Positions 1 through 12,243 of a DNA stretch of 64,000 nucleotides are shown here, one piece after another. The notes below the pieces were generated by a model that searched no databases, had not been told where the DNA came from, and was given only the letters and a program-made list of their open reading frames with translations. The position numbers and the translations under genes were made by a program. Position 1 is the stretch's first letter. Each line of letters opens with the position of its first letter. Source of the stretch: Chlorokybus atmophyticus (Eukaryota > Plantae > Mesostigma and Chlorokybus algae); the NCBI GenBank assembly GCA_009103225.1, contig RHPI01001517.1, positions 325,571-389,570 on the forward strand. The letters are read 5' to 3'.

Positions 1-1596
1 CCCGAGCAATTCCTGCTCAGTGGTTGTGTAATTACGTTCAGCAGGAATGAACTTTCTGCTTTCATATGCACATGGTCTGTCATCCTGTAGAAGGACTGCC
101 CCACAACCCAAGCCCAATGGTGGAAGCATCACTGATTACCACAAAAGGCTTGGTGTGGTCGGGGAAGGCTAACACAGGGGCTTGTGTTAATGCATCTTTA
201 ATGCGTGTAAAAGCAACCTCGTGTGCCTCCGTCCACACAAATTTAACATATTTTCTCAGTAAAGATGTTAAAGGATTTGCCATGCTAGAATATGCTCGCA
301 TGAACTTGCGGAAATAATTGGCTAGCCCCAAGAAAGCACGTAACTGATGTACATCCTTGGGTGGTGGCCAATCCTTCACCGCACACGTCTTTTTAGGATC
401 TGGTTTCAATCCTTCTTTGCCAATCACATGCCCTAAAAAGGGTAGTTCATCCTTTGCAAAGTTGCATGTGGACAAATTGGCATAGAACTTGTGTTCGCGT
501 AGCTTAGCTAGAATCAATTCCACATGCCTGTGGTGGTCCTCTCGGGTTTTGTTGAACACAATAATGTCGTCTAGATATACCAGTACAAACTTGTACAATT
601 CATCAGCAAATACCGCGTTGATTGCTGTCTGAAATGTAGCCGGTGCATTTGTATATCCGACGGGTGGATTTTAATTTGATGATAACCACTGGTCAAATGC
701 AGTGTGCTGAACACTGTTGCACCTGACAGCTTATCAAACAAATCATTGATCCGAGGCAAATGATATCTGTTTTTTACAGTTACCTTGTTCAACGCACGGT
801 AATCAATACACATGCGTAGCTTGCCATTTTTTTGGGGCACAAACAAAATTGGTGCACCAAAAGGAGATATGCTCTTTGTTATTAAACCTCTCTCCAATAA
901 CTTTTTAAGCTGTTTTTCCATTTCCGCGTGTTCTAAGGGACTTAGCCTATAAATAGGCCGCCAAGGTGGCTTTGCCCCCTCTTCCAACGGAATGGTATGA
1001 TGTATGTTCCTATCAGAAGGCAACTCCGGGAGTTCATCCTGAAATACATCTGCATATTGTTCCGTAAGCGATTGCACCTTAGGGTCAGTTACGGCCTGTT
1101 CTACAGGTGTCTCTACCTGTCGTAAGTGCATCAAATATATTTCCTCACGTTTGCGCACGCAACGTTTCAGTTGCATAGCAGAGAGGAGCGGAAAATTGTC
1201 GCGAGCAACACGTGCGAGTACAGGTGCGATTAACGTCACCTTACGTTTACCCTTACGAAGGGTGCACGTGATTGCTTAAAAGTCCAATTGCAAACCTCCT
1301 TCGGTGTGCCACTGTTCACCCAAAACAACATCCACCCCGGGGATACCCATATCCACCATGATGAAAGTTGGTCGAGTCTTGTGGCTATTAGTAAAAAAAC
1401 GCCCCTTCACCTCCCCAATTGCATTAAGTGTGGAACCAGCAGCACGTACATACAACGTGAATAGTGTGAAAAGTATATTACGTTTCACCCAAGCATATTC
1501 AACAAAATTATGGTTTGCACCAGTATCAATCAATGCTGTACATAGTGTACCCATAAGTTGACTCTCAAATCTCCATTTGAGAGGAAATTTTATCAA
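1..1596 (-). pseudogene. pol: Gypsy-A pol (protease, RT, start of RNase H), frameshifted, with a ~70-bp deletion in RT
   Basis: ALIDTGANHNF (protease), KLRMCIDYRALN, YHLPRINDLF and VYLDDIIVF (RT). At ~660 HQIKIHPSDI is joined directly to TNAPATFQ, so the intervening conserved segment is missing. Confidence 0.9.
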
Positions 1597-1654
1597 GAAG
1601 TACAGAGTTTTTTGAGTCGTTCTGCTCGACTAAGTTACCAACCATGGACAATTC

Positions 1655-2840
1655 CTATTTCTTGTCCCTCTGCTGCTTGGCCTTCTGTGCATTCTGCTTT
1701 GCATAGCACTTGGCCTCCCCATGACCTGTCTTTTTGCAGAAACTGCAAGTGATGATGGATTTGGCCGCGTTGTAAGGGCCATCAAGATGAGATGTTTTCG
1801 CCTTTTTCACAAAAGGTTTGTTATCAGTGGCCGGGCGCTTTGCAGCTGAAACCGGGGCTGCCTTTTTTGCCGTGGTTTGCATGTTTGCGTGAGAGCGCTT
1901 TACACTGTCCACAGCAGCAACCATCTGCATCAGCATTGGTAAATCCGTCGAGGCCCACTCTTGCAAACTCGCGGGGTTGACGGCCACATGCTGTACGAGA
2001 TCTGTGTCCAAGCCACGCCTGAACATATTCAGCTGATCAGCATCACTGATAGGTAGTTTGCCAGCATTGATCTTGCTGACAAACGACTGAAAATTCTGGA
2101 TATACTGCTGAACAGGACGCCCGTTTTGACGCAGGTTGTGCAGCTGGTTGCGAGCAACCTGGGCAGGATCTGCGCCACCACAGCGCTGCTCCATGAAAGG
2201 ACACAACTGATTCACTTCTCGCCCGAGGTTCGTATCCCGTTGCTTACGGCGGTACCACTCTGCCAGAGCATCGTTTGAGATCAGCAACTCAGCTACACGC
2301 AACTTCCCCTCCTCAGAAATGTGAAGGGAGTTGACATAGTGTCTCAGCTTCACGAGCCAGTCGATAATTGCCGCTTGTTTGTTGGGAACAAACTCGGCAG
2401 GTTGAGCAAGCGCCTGATCAGGTGGACCACTATCAGAGCGTTGAAGGCGCTTGATCATGTTCAGAACACGTTTGCCTTCCCATCGACCCCTCCCAATCTC
2501 GCCCCATAAAGGTGGTGAGCTTTGAAATCTTTTCCGCCACATGAAAAAGGAAGTTGACGAGCGAGACAATTGCCTCACGAGGCTCCTCATCATAGGTGCC
2601 AAGAAAATGGTCCATCGACTGTTTTGTCAAGCGAATTGAGATTTTAGGCTGCACGAATGATGGTGGTGGTGGTGGTCCGTTTGGTTCCACCAAGCCATCC
2701 ACATCCTTAGCAGCATGAGACTCATAAGGTGCATCATCCGGGTTGGAAATATCCTCCATGGATGGAAATTCCTCCTCACGGGATAATTGCTCTTTTTGCG
2801 AGCTTTCCCCCTTTGAGGTGGGCACCGGGTTCTCTTCCAT
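1655..2840 (-). pseudogene. gag: Gypsy-A gag (acidic N-terminus at 2433-2840 probably frameshifted into ORF 1655-2602)
   Basis: Retrotransposon Gag-like core (AELLISNDALAEW...ARNQLHNLRQNGRPVQQYIQNF) and zinc knuckle CSFCKKTGHGEAKC; clearly similar to the gag at 18689-20152. Confidence 0.8.
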
Positions 2841-3046
2841 TTGTCTGCAAAACAGGCAAAATGGAAAGGTGAGAACCTCACCAATGGACCAGGTTCAACG
2901 AGAGGAATCAAAATGACCCCAAGTTGTAGAAGTCCCAAACAGAGTCCAAACCAGTCCTAAATTAGGAAAGGTTGGATCTGGAGTGTCACCATACAGAACA
3001 AGTCTGAGTGGGACCAGAATGTCCTAACCCTGTGTTGTCCTCAACT

Positions 3047-3184
3047 AAGTCCCAATCTCCAGGCCGAAGCCAGAGGGGGAGGGTTTCAGACCAACAGGGT
3101 TTGGGAACAGATTGTCCTAGAATTTCCCCAAAACTGTCCTAACCAAGTCCCGATCTCCAGGCTGAAGCCAGAGGGGGAGGGTTT
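3047..3184. repeat. 40-bp direct repeat pair in the Gypsy-A 5' UTR
   Basis: aagtccc(a/g)atctccaggc(c/t)gaagccagagggggagggttt at 3047-3086 and 3145-3184. Confidence 0.75.
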
Positions 3185-3317
3185 GGGAACGGTTTGGTTC
3201 GGAACTTGCGGACCCGGGTCAAGCGACCCGGAAAAGCAGCTGGCAGGTGACAGGTACATCACATGCATGCAACAGGCAAGCCACAGGTATGCAACAGGCA
3301 AGCCGTACGGTGACTAA

Positions 3318-3800
3318 GAGGGTCTTTACACTTAAGGTTGGAGTCCCACGAGTAGCGGACGTGGCGGTGCACTTTGTACTAATCGCCGAAAACACCATAT
3401 ACACTAGCCAATTAGGCCGCCGGTTAGCGTCCAGACGCTTAACGTTGATGCCAGCGTGGCTAGCTTTGCGCAATGCAATGTAGTGCTTGGCTAATTTTTC
3501 TTAAACCACCTCTCGAGGTGCTTTAAGCAAAGTTAAGACGGGCCGCGGGCGTAGGACTCGCGTCTGAGTGGTTCATAGTCTTACCGGCGGTAATGATCGT
3601 TATATAAGCGCCGTTTCTGCTGTCCTTAACATGATTTTCATTGCCATAAACCCTAAAACCGGCGAACATCATACACAAGTAACCTAACCTTGATCGGGCT
3701 AATGTAAACGCTCCGGCGGGGTTCAAGCTAACCTCTGCTCACGTGGCAAGGTTAGGCGCTGCTAACCTTAGCGCCGGTAACCTTAGGTGTAAAGACCCTC
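3318..3800. mobile_element. 483-bp MITE, PIF/Harbinger (Tourist-like)
   Basis: 22-bp TIR gagggtctttacacttaaggtt / aaccttaggtgtaaagaccctc (1 mismatch), flanked by TAA TSD at 3315-3317 and 3801-3803; no coding capacity. Confidence 0.8.
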
Positions 3801-4117
3801 TAAATGTGACATGCACTGGCAAGCAATAATAGTGCACTGGCTAGTCACTGTGTGATGTGTATAAAAGTACACACGTGCACCTGGCAAGCACCTGGCAAGC
3901 AGCTGACAAGCAGGCAAGCAGGCAAGTTAGCGACGTGTGTGATGGTACCTCACACGTGGAGAGGCCGCCTCTTTGATGGGTGGCTTCAACGTGAAGGTAG
4001 TGCAGGGAAGCAAACTTGAAGCTTGGGCTGCGTGGACGAATAGGAGGCCGCCGCCGACGCCTTCTGAATGGCCGAAAGCAGGTCCCCGCCCCTAATAAGT
4101 ACTCACGTCACCCCCCA

Positions 4118-4131
4118 GCTTCTGAATACCA
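4118..4131 (-). other. Degenerate tRNA-Met-type primer-binding site of Gypsy-A
   Basis: Minus strand reads ...ttaca t tggtattcagaagc, next to an LTR end. Confidence 0.5.
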
Positions 4132-4132
4132 A

Positions 4133-4628
4133 TGTAACAGCACCACCGTCGCCGATGATGCCCCTTCAATCCTCTACCCCAACACCCACACCGCCTATGA
4201 CAAGCCTTTCAACGGCGTGGCCGCCACTGAGTAGAGAACTGAAAGTCCCCACATCAGATTGATGTCACCTTTTATATCAAGAGTATATCAACTATATACC
4301 TCTCGATAATTAACTCATAACTAGACATCGACCCTACAGATAGGGTAGTTAGGAAATCTAGCGTGAGCCAATCACAGCTCAGATAAGATACCTATCGTAA
4401 GGTACCTAACGAGATAGTGATCACATTGTATCAAATGTGACACTAAATAGGCTTGAATAAGCGGTTCTACACCCATTGGGACTTATTTAAGCTATGATAA
4501 AGCATCATAGCCTTTAATAAGCGAGGAACCGTAGAAAAGAGGTATAAATAAGCATATTTAAATACTTATTCATACAAAATGTGTTATTTAGGTAGCAATA
4601 ATACCCCTATTATTATAGCTCCCTTACA
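4133..4628 (-). repeat. Putative 5' LTR of Gypsy-A
   Basis: tgtaac...ccttaca termini, adjacent PBS, and partial similarity (ctaccccaacacc; cccattgggac...ttatttaa; gcgaggaacc) to the LTR at 20956-21294. The outer boundary is inferred. Confidence 0.55.
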
Positions 4629-5031
4629 TAATGTATAGGATTATGAGTAGCGGGGTCCCAACCTCGCCCTTTGTGAGGATGGTAGGCAGGCCGATCATTC
4701 GACGTAGGCTGCGCCGCATTCACTTAGGTTGTTGCCTTTGAAAGGCGCTTCACCTCAGCATACAACAAGTTGTTTGACCCCAAGGGTTTACGTGCCAACT
4801 CAACCACCACCTTCTAATTGTGGGCATTATCCACTTCCACATATGGATCTATAGCCATACCTCGTCGATTAATGATGCAAATGGCATGTGTTAGCATTAC
4901 TGGGTTATATATACGTCGGCTTGAAGCCTTTGAGTTGAGTGCCAAGCATACCCTCGTTTTGCAAAATACCCTCATCCATCACATGCAAATGCAAACACAA
5001 CATGTGCTTCTGTGGGTAGTCGTGATATGAA

Positions 5032-5125
<94 letters not shown>
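5032..5125. repeat. Poly-G homopolymer (94 nt)
   Basis: Read directly; may be partly a sequencing or assembly artefact. Confidence 0.9.
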
Positions 5126-5126
<1 letters not shown>

Positions 5127-8100
5127 GTCATGCCATTATACTTCGTGCGGGCATATGTATTCATGAAGCGCATGAAGTGCATGCTCATAATTTGAAAATC
5201 TCAGGACAAGTTGTGAAACTCAAGTGCTCTAGGCGTATTAAATGCACTAAAGGATGCCACTCGTCGCATATGAATGTACGGCCTTATGGCCCTCTTTGCG
5301 CATGCTATGACACACATGGTTTGCATCGCCGTGGAACAGTGTTGTCGCCCACGTTCATGCACCTAAGTAGTTAGCTCTATGTTGGCACACTACGATGCGC
5401 GAGTTTTTAAGACAAATTTGAGCAGCATTTGTCTCGAGAGTCTCTAGCAATGGCCACGGGGGAGGTGAAGCGAGTGGTGCTGGTTGCGGACTGCATGAGA
5501 GGGTGGAGAAACTGCGCGGTTGTTGGGTGTAAATGGGCGGGGGATTGTTGAGCGCGTGGAAGTGTTGTTGATGGTGCGTGCGGTTGATGCTGGTGCAGTG
5601 TCGAGGGGAGGAGGAAGTGGATGGGCAGAGGTGTTCACGAAGGGGGAACTCTTGTTTTCTGCATGGTTGCTGATGGCACATGATGTAGGTGTCCAAAGTC
5701 CCCGCGAAGTCCCAGCGAAAACAGAATGGGGGGGAGGCAGCTGACAGAATCCGCACCGTGGTGGTGGTAATCTGCCCTTCAAAGAGGCTGCGGATGGTGA
5801 TTGTGGAAGGGAGGGTGGTGGTGTGAGGGGGTGAAGCTGTAGTGGGTTGATGGGGTGTTAGAATGACGGTAAGGAGATGAGTTGGGAAGAAGGGGTTCAA
5901 TGCTTCCGTACTTGTCAATAATGTGGAGGAGGGCTGAGAGGATGCACGGATGATCGCCATAGCATGTTTCCTCAACTCCGAAATCTAAAATCTGCCCATG
6001 GCAGAACGCAGACTGGCTTCCCTCCTAGATCTTGCAACTCCCCTCTACGTGCTTTCCTAAAGACTCTAGCGACAGCGGCTGATGATGTCAACACTGCCTG
6101 TATCTCCCCCTTCAAAGGTAGTGTGTAGAGATAATGTCATGTTCTCTGGCTGAGTCAATGCAAGAAGACTCAATCAAAGATAAGCGTGTAACGAGTGTCT
6201 GTAACTCCACATATCAGAAGCGAACAACCACTGCTCGCTCCTCTCAAATTGACTGCAAATCTGAGTAATGCTCTTGATTATACTCACCATCTACTACACC
6301 ATCGGTCTCAACACATGAGTGGAGCAACGATGGGGAGGAAGCGTGATGTGAGAGTAGATCTGATGTGCTAGGAGCAAGCCTAAACTTAGCTGATGGCAAG
6401 GCATGAGGTGAGTCTCTTTGGACTGCATCCACCCAGGATTTTCGTTCAGTATTTACTACAGACGCTCGGGCTGCAGTCTCCGGTGTGCTCTTCAATGCAT
6501 ATGCATCAGTGGGGCCTCATGGCTGTTACCGAGCCATCCACCCACGCCGCTACCACCACCCTCTTCGCCACCACCTACCGCTGCAGCAGCCGCCGCTGCA
6601 GCAGCCAGATAAATGTAAATCCGAGCGTGAGTTTCTAAGTTCCGAAATTCACGGCTACCGCGGGCGCTAGAACGCCGTCGCTACTGCCGCCGCCGTGGAA
6701 GGAGGGGTGAGGGATGATGATAAAAGAGGGGTGAGGAGGTGGTAGATGACTACGGGGTGGAGAGGGTAGACCCCCACGCCCCGACCATTGCCGCCGCCGC
6801 CACCTGTTCAACCTGTTAAATACCCTCCCCCCCCCATCCCCCCAAACCCCCAAAACAGACGCTCTTTGCATTGCCGAATTGGGTCAGCATTAATACGCGC
6901 ATGTGCACGCGAAACAGCCTTGCAATGCTTGCTGCTAATTCAACATCTTCATTTGACAAGTAGGTCACCGCCTCACAACTGGTTTGCCACTTCAACAACA
7001 GCGCCCGTGTACCATGCTTGGACCGATAGCTTTTGAACTTCTTTTTTGTGAATTTGAATCATCTTAAATGCGTGCTTTGCGTAGCCTATGACGCTGGCTG
7101 CACTGGTGTTGTTCGACTTTGATGCGGTTGCCGATGACTTCCATCAGCTCGATGAACATTGGCGGGCCAAGCTTGCACGCAACTAGCATTACCGTATATA
7201 TGTAACTCGTTAACACCCGAAAGTGCTCGCTCACCTGTGTGTGCGCGCATGTGTGTGTGAGTGTATGGTACAAGAGCGTAGTTGCACGTGCGTGTTTACT
7301 CAGATGCGTGTGCATGTGCGTGTGCACACGCACACTTGCTTTGTGGTTTGCACACTTGTCATCGGCACTAACACACGCAACCATGAAACATAAATGCACG
7401 CTTACCTGCTGTTCTATAAGAAAGTCGTTTGCAGGCTGCTGAAGCGCATAGTCATATGAGACGCTCTCACCAAAAGCGTTTGCCTATGAACCTACTTGCA
7501 ACTAATAGTCGTGCATTTGTTATCTTTAATGCATCTGTAGCAACTTTATACTTGCGTTTGTGCACAGCGGTTGCAACGCCCTCTGCATGTTGCGGCTAGT
7601 GTGTAAGCGGCTCACTTGTACAGCGCAATATCAGGACTAAGTCACCAAGGCTTGCGCATCAAGGCTTACTAAGGCTCACCAAGGCTTGCGCACAATGCTT
7701 GCACCGTACAGCTGTTTCGTCTGTGAGCGTGCACGTCTGTGCATGTGTGCTTTTGTGCGCGCTTGTATGCATGCCCCCCCCCCCTCCCCCGAAACAGCAA
7801 ATTGTACAGAAGCATGCGCAGCTTCAAGAAGGCACGCATCCGGCTGTAGGCTGGGCGCAGTCTTTACAACAGATCACCTGGACTCTCGGGTAAGCAGATT
7901 GGCGTTGGTGCTCGCCGGTACACGAGCTCTTGCCACAAGACATCAACTTTACATGAGCCTGGCAAGTATGCGACTTCACTGCATGCGCACACGTGGATGC
8001 GTGCACAGTTGCTGGCAGACATATACTACGCAGACCTTGTAGTGCGGCGGTTCTTGCCATAGCCATGTCGGCTACTGATGAGCGATGCAATTGGGGTTGG

Positions 8101-9701
8101 CCGTTGGTACAAAGATGTTCAGATGACTTGTTGTCGAACGACTTTGTGGTCATCACAAACAATAGCATGCGCAGCAACCGCTCAACTGTTAACATTCGAC
8201 AATTGTCAGCATAGAGTTGCGTAACCATACTAGTGTTATTCAACACTCCACGTCAATGCAGAGACTCACTATGTTAACATGCAAAGTTCTGTTTCGCACG
8301 GCTTCCAACCCACAAATGCTGGCTACTTGTGCTCACTTGTATGCTTGTTGTGAGAAAGTTGCACAAGGCTGGTGCTGTATTGGTGCGCATGCACACGCGC
8401 CTGTGCAACTTCAGTGAGCGAGGTTGCAAATTTTAAGTCACTGTGCCTCAGTCTTACTACCGTGCCCAGATGTTCAACGCTTACATGGCACATAACCTGG
8501 CGCTGTGTTAGGCGAGCGTCTACACAACGACGCTAGATGCTAGCACACCAAGCCAGATTACACCCCTTACACAATATGGCCAGCAGGCAAACTGACATGT
8601 GTGCTTGAAGAAACATATTTCTTCTGACCAAACACGTTAAGTGTTCTTGTGTAAGTGGCAGTAGTGGCCCGAGATGAAGCATGCATGTAGCCGCCTTGAT
8701 GCAGCTGGTTAGCAAATGCAAAGTTGACTACCACATTGAAATGACAATTAAAAACCATTGCAGTCGCTTGTTACCATAACGTTGTGACCAATGACCACAC
8801 AAAAGCACAGTATACGTCGCAAGCCTGTCAAGTCCCAAGGACTGGTTTAAGTCATTTGCAGTACCTTACTCATGTAATAAGTAAGAAAGACTAAGTGAGG
8901 ATTTCGTATAGTCATGGTGTGTAGAGCACCTGGTATACGTGCTTATGAAGTTAATTCTTATGCACTTAGTGTATACGGACCTAGCAGCTATATATGGCAT
9001 TGTCTACGAGTACAAGATTGGTCAGTGTCAATGCGCAGAGTCGCTTAGGCAGCAAGTGTGCTGCCTATGTATGATTTTTTTGAGGGTGGACAAAGTTAGC
9101 CTGTGCTGACAAGTTAGCGCATCGAAAGCAAGACCTTGTTGGTCTTGGATTTTTGATGTGCCAGGTCGGACAGCAGCAGGTAGTATATGGGCGTGACTAC
9201 CATTTTGTGGTGGCAATCAGTTGTTGGCCTTGCGGAGCTACTTGTATATGGGGTCCCTGGCTGAAGCTGTTGAAGGGTGCTCTCCCATTAATGACATGGG
9301 GGGTGCTGCTTGTTGTAATGTGTGCCGTAACTTGAATTTCTTGTGTAGAGGTGTTATGTCCCTCACCAGCACGTAAGTGAGAGGTCACCTCGCACTTACT
9401 TGCTGGCGAGGGTTGGCAACATGACAAAGCCAGCCCGTCGTCTCAGCCACCAGTCGGTTGCAACCCATTAGCAAGCTTAGTACAATTAATGCGCAAGCCA
9501 CGAGGGCCTTTGTAGTTGTAGGGGCAACCTCTCAACTAGCCGATCGCCACACTCATGATCCTCCTTGTCCCCCTCCTCCCCGCCTTCTTATCCTTCGCCC
9601 CGAACTCGCACTCCGTGCAATATCAAGCGCTACGCCCATGCATGCCCCAGCCTCAGCCCCTGTTTCACGGCTAAAGCATTGGGGGGCGGGGGGGGCACAT
9701 C

Positions 9702-10309
9702 NNNNNNNNNNNNNNNNNNNNNNNNNNNNNNNNNNNNNNNNNNNNNNNNNNNNNNNNNNNNNNNNNNNNNNNNNNNNNNNNNNNNNNNNNNNNNNNNNNN
9801 NNNNNNNNNNNNNNNNNNNNNNNNNNNNNNNNNNNNNNNNNNNNNNNNNNNNNNNNNNNNNNNNNNNNNNNNNNNNNNNNNNNNNNNNNNNNNNNNNNNN
9901 NNNNNNNNNNNNNNNNNNNNNNNNNNNNNNNNNNNNNNNNNNNNNNNNNNNNNNNNNNNNNNNNNNNNNNNNNNNNNNNNNNNNNNNNNNNNNNNNNNNN
10001 NNNNNNNNNNNNNNNNNNNNNNNNNNNNNNNNNNNNNNNNNNNNNNNNNNNNNNNNNNNNNNNNNNNNNNNNNNNNNNNNNNNNNNNNNNNNNNNNNNNN
10101 NNNNNNNNNNNNNNNNNNNNNNNNNNNNNNNNNNNNNNNNNNNNNNNNNNNNNNNNNNNNNNNNNNNNNNNNNNNNNNNNNNNNNNNNNNNNNNNNNNNN
10201 NNNNNNNNNNNNNNNNNNNNNNNNNNNNNNNNNNNNNNNNNNNNNNNNNNNNNNNNNNNNNNNNNNNNNNNNNNNNNNNNNNNNNNNNNNNNNNNNNNNN
10301 NNNNNNNNG
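9702..10309. other. Assembly gap (N run)
   Basis: Run of n, preceded by a G-rich stretch. Confidence 0.99.
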
Positions 10310-11593
10310 GACGCGATTTGCAATTGTGCCGTTTTTGCGCAATCGCAGGGGTTGAGCATATGGTACACCCGCTCGCATCACATCAGCGCAAACGACACCG
10401 TACATAAAGGCTTTTTGTATCAATCACCATGTTCGCTTACAGCAATTGCGACAAATAGCTAACGCCTCAGGTCGGTCGCAAACAACAATAAGCAAATGAT
10501 TGCAATCGGATGAATGCAATTGGCTGGCTGGTTGGTTGGTTGGGCGCCTAGCTATCTTTTACAATATTGCATACATTATATATGAAGCATAGAACATAAT
10601 CACGTTAAGCCTGGCCATTAAGCTTGGCTCAACGTAATTGCATGCAGCTTTGCAAACACAAGCGCAACATACCGATAGTAGCGCAAGTTAGTTGACTCGG
10701 CCAAGTGACCCCGCTTTGTAACTGGCGGAACTTGCGACCTCGTAACTTTATGAGTCATTAGCCAATTCATCCTAATTCACAACTTAGGCGACTACGCCTT
10801 TCTCGGAATTTTGAAAGCAGCTTGCGCGCTCAAGTGCGCTAAATGGGTTGCTACTTGCAACTACTGGAGAAGGGGGAAATTAGAAGTCCCTACTCAAAAG
10901 TCATTAGCTTCTCCAACCTTCCTCGACTTGAATCCGATTACACGTGTTAAACGGTTGCTTCAAACTTTACAACATGTGAAAACAGCAAAATCCTCATACC
11001 ATCGTGAATGGCGAGAGCATTGTGGCCTTGTGTGTATATGTCGTAAGCTGACAGCCAAACACTTTTAAGTTTTTGCGATCACACAAACGCGCTTAAACGT
11101 GTGCTAGCGTAGCGGGGACTCGAAGATGTTGCAATTTCGCTAGATCCTCTCGCGCATACCATAAAGACAAAATTATGTATAGGACTTAAGGGGCTTATAT
11201 TGTTTGCGACCTCGCTAAATTCTACCCGCTTATACGCTATATTAATTGCTGCAACCGCTGCCGGCTTCCTACAACGGTTGTAAGATTTGCTGTGTCTAAC
11301 TATAGTTAAGCATTTGGGTTCACGATAGCTACCCGGAACCTAACTAGCGAAGAAAGGTTGATTCGCTATTATAAATGATATTATGAATGCGAGTTTGGTT
11401 ATGATGCAATTAAACTCGTGCCTAACTCAATTTTCGCCATTGCAACATCATAGTGCAACTCAATGTAGGCTTCTATTCTCATACACTGTGCCATAAATAC
11501 TAGCACAAGCCATCATCTCAGCCACAGCATAATTCAATCAAGTATAATAGCTCTATGTTGGGTTTGTCCTATTCGCGATTACAGGAGCCCCCC

Positions 11594-11704
11594 NNNNNNN
11601 NNNNNNNNNNNNNNNNNNNNNNNNNNNNNNNNNNNNNNNNNNNNNNNNNNNNNNNNNNNNNNNNNNNNNNNNNNNNNNNNNNNNNNNNNNNNNNNNNNNN
11701 NNNN
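11594..11704. other. Assembly gap inside a poly-C tract
   Basis: C runs on both sides of the Ns. Confidence 0.99.
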
Positions 11705-11882
11705 CCCCCCCCCCCCCCCCTCCCCTTCTATGTATTGTAGCAGAGTACCGGCCAAATACAGCCCTTCTTACTCTTGGTGTTTATGTATGCGTAAAACATT
11801 GCCGTTCCTTTTATTAAGTACTGACTTTTTATTATTTACTTGATTTTTAACTTTTTATTTGGTATAAGGCGAGCAGAAGCAA

Positions 11883-12040
11883 ACTCACACACGAGTTATA
11901 TGCGCAACACAACTCATGCTGGGGAGTCGATATGGGTCGATAGCACAATGGCTACGCCCAGCACCCAAGTGCAATACAATACATTTACGTAAGTGTACAA
12001 TTCTATGTAGGCTGATCTATACACAACGTCTACATCAGGG
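11883..12040 (+). repeat. DIRS terminal segment A (left)
   Basis: Direct copy at 35441-35570; reverse-complement copies at 39340-39490 and 51260-51420; partial complement at 34649-34708. Confidence 0.8.
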
Positions 12041-12041
12041 T

Positions 12042-12243
12042 GATATGATTTCATGAAGCGCATGAAATGCGCGCCCATGAACTCAAGAACTCGTTAATTA
12101 GTTATAAGACTCTTGTGCCCCTAGTGCCTTGGGCACTTGGGGGCACAAGCACTCACTAGATGAGTTGTGAGTCACAAGCTCCTATCATGTGGCTTGAAAC
12201 CCTAGCGCGGCGGCGCCATCCTTGGCGAGGGTGGCGAGTGTGG
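12042..12243 (+). repeat. DIRS terminal segment B (left inverted repeat)
   Basis: Inverted copy at 35711-35858; further copies at ~39000, 40765, 51060, 55190 and 55880; contains a hairpin at 12112-12149. Confidence 0.8.

Larger units (their letters stand above)
1..4628 (-). mobile_element. Ty3/Gypsy LTR retrotransposon (Gypsy-A), 3' part outside the window
   Basis: Minus-strand order LTR-PBS-gag-protease-RT; the second LTR would lie before position 1. Confidence 0.85.

Noticed and set aside
4979-5374. Poly-Pro and poly-Gly ORFs
   Set aside because: They are translations of the G homopolymer.
9458-10462. Long ORFs of 250-334 aa in the ORF track
   Set aside because: They are open only because they run through the N gap.
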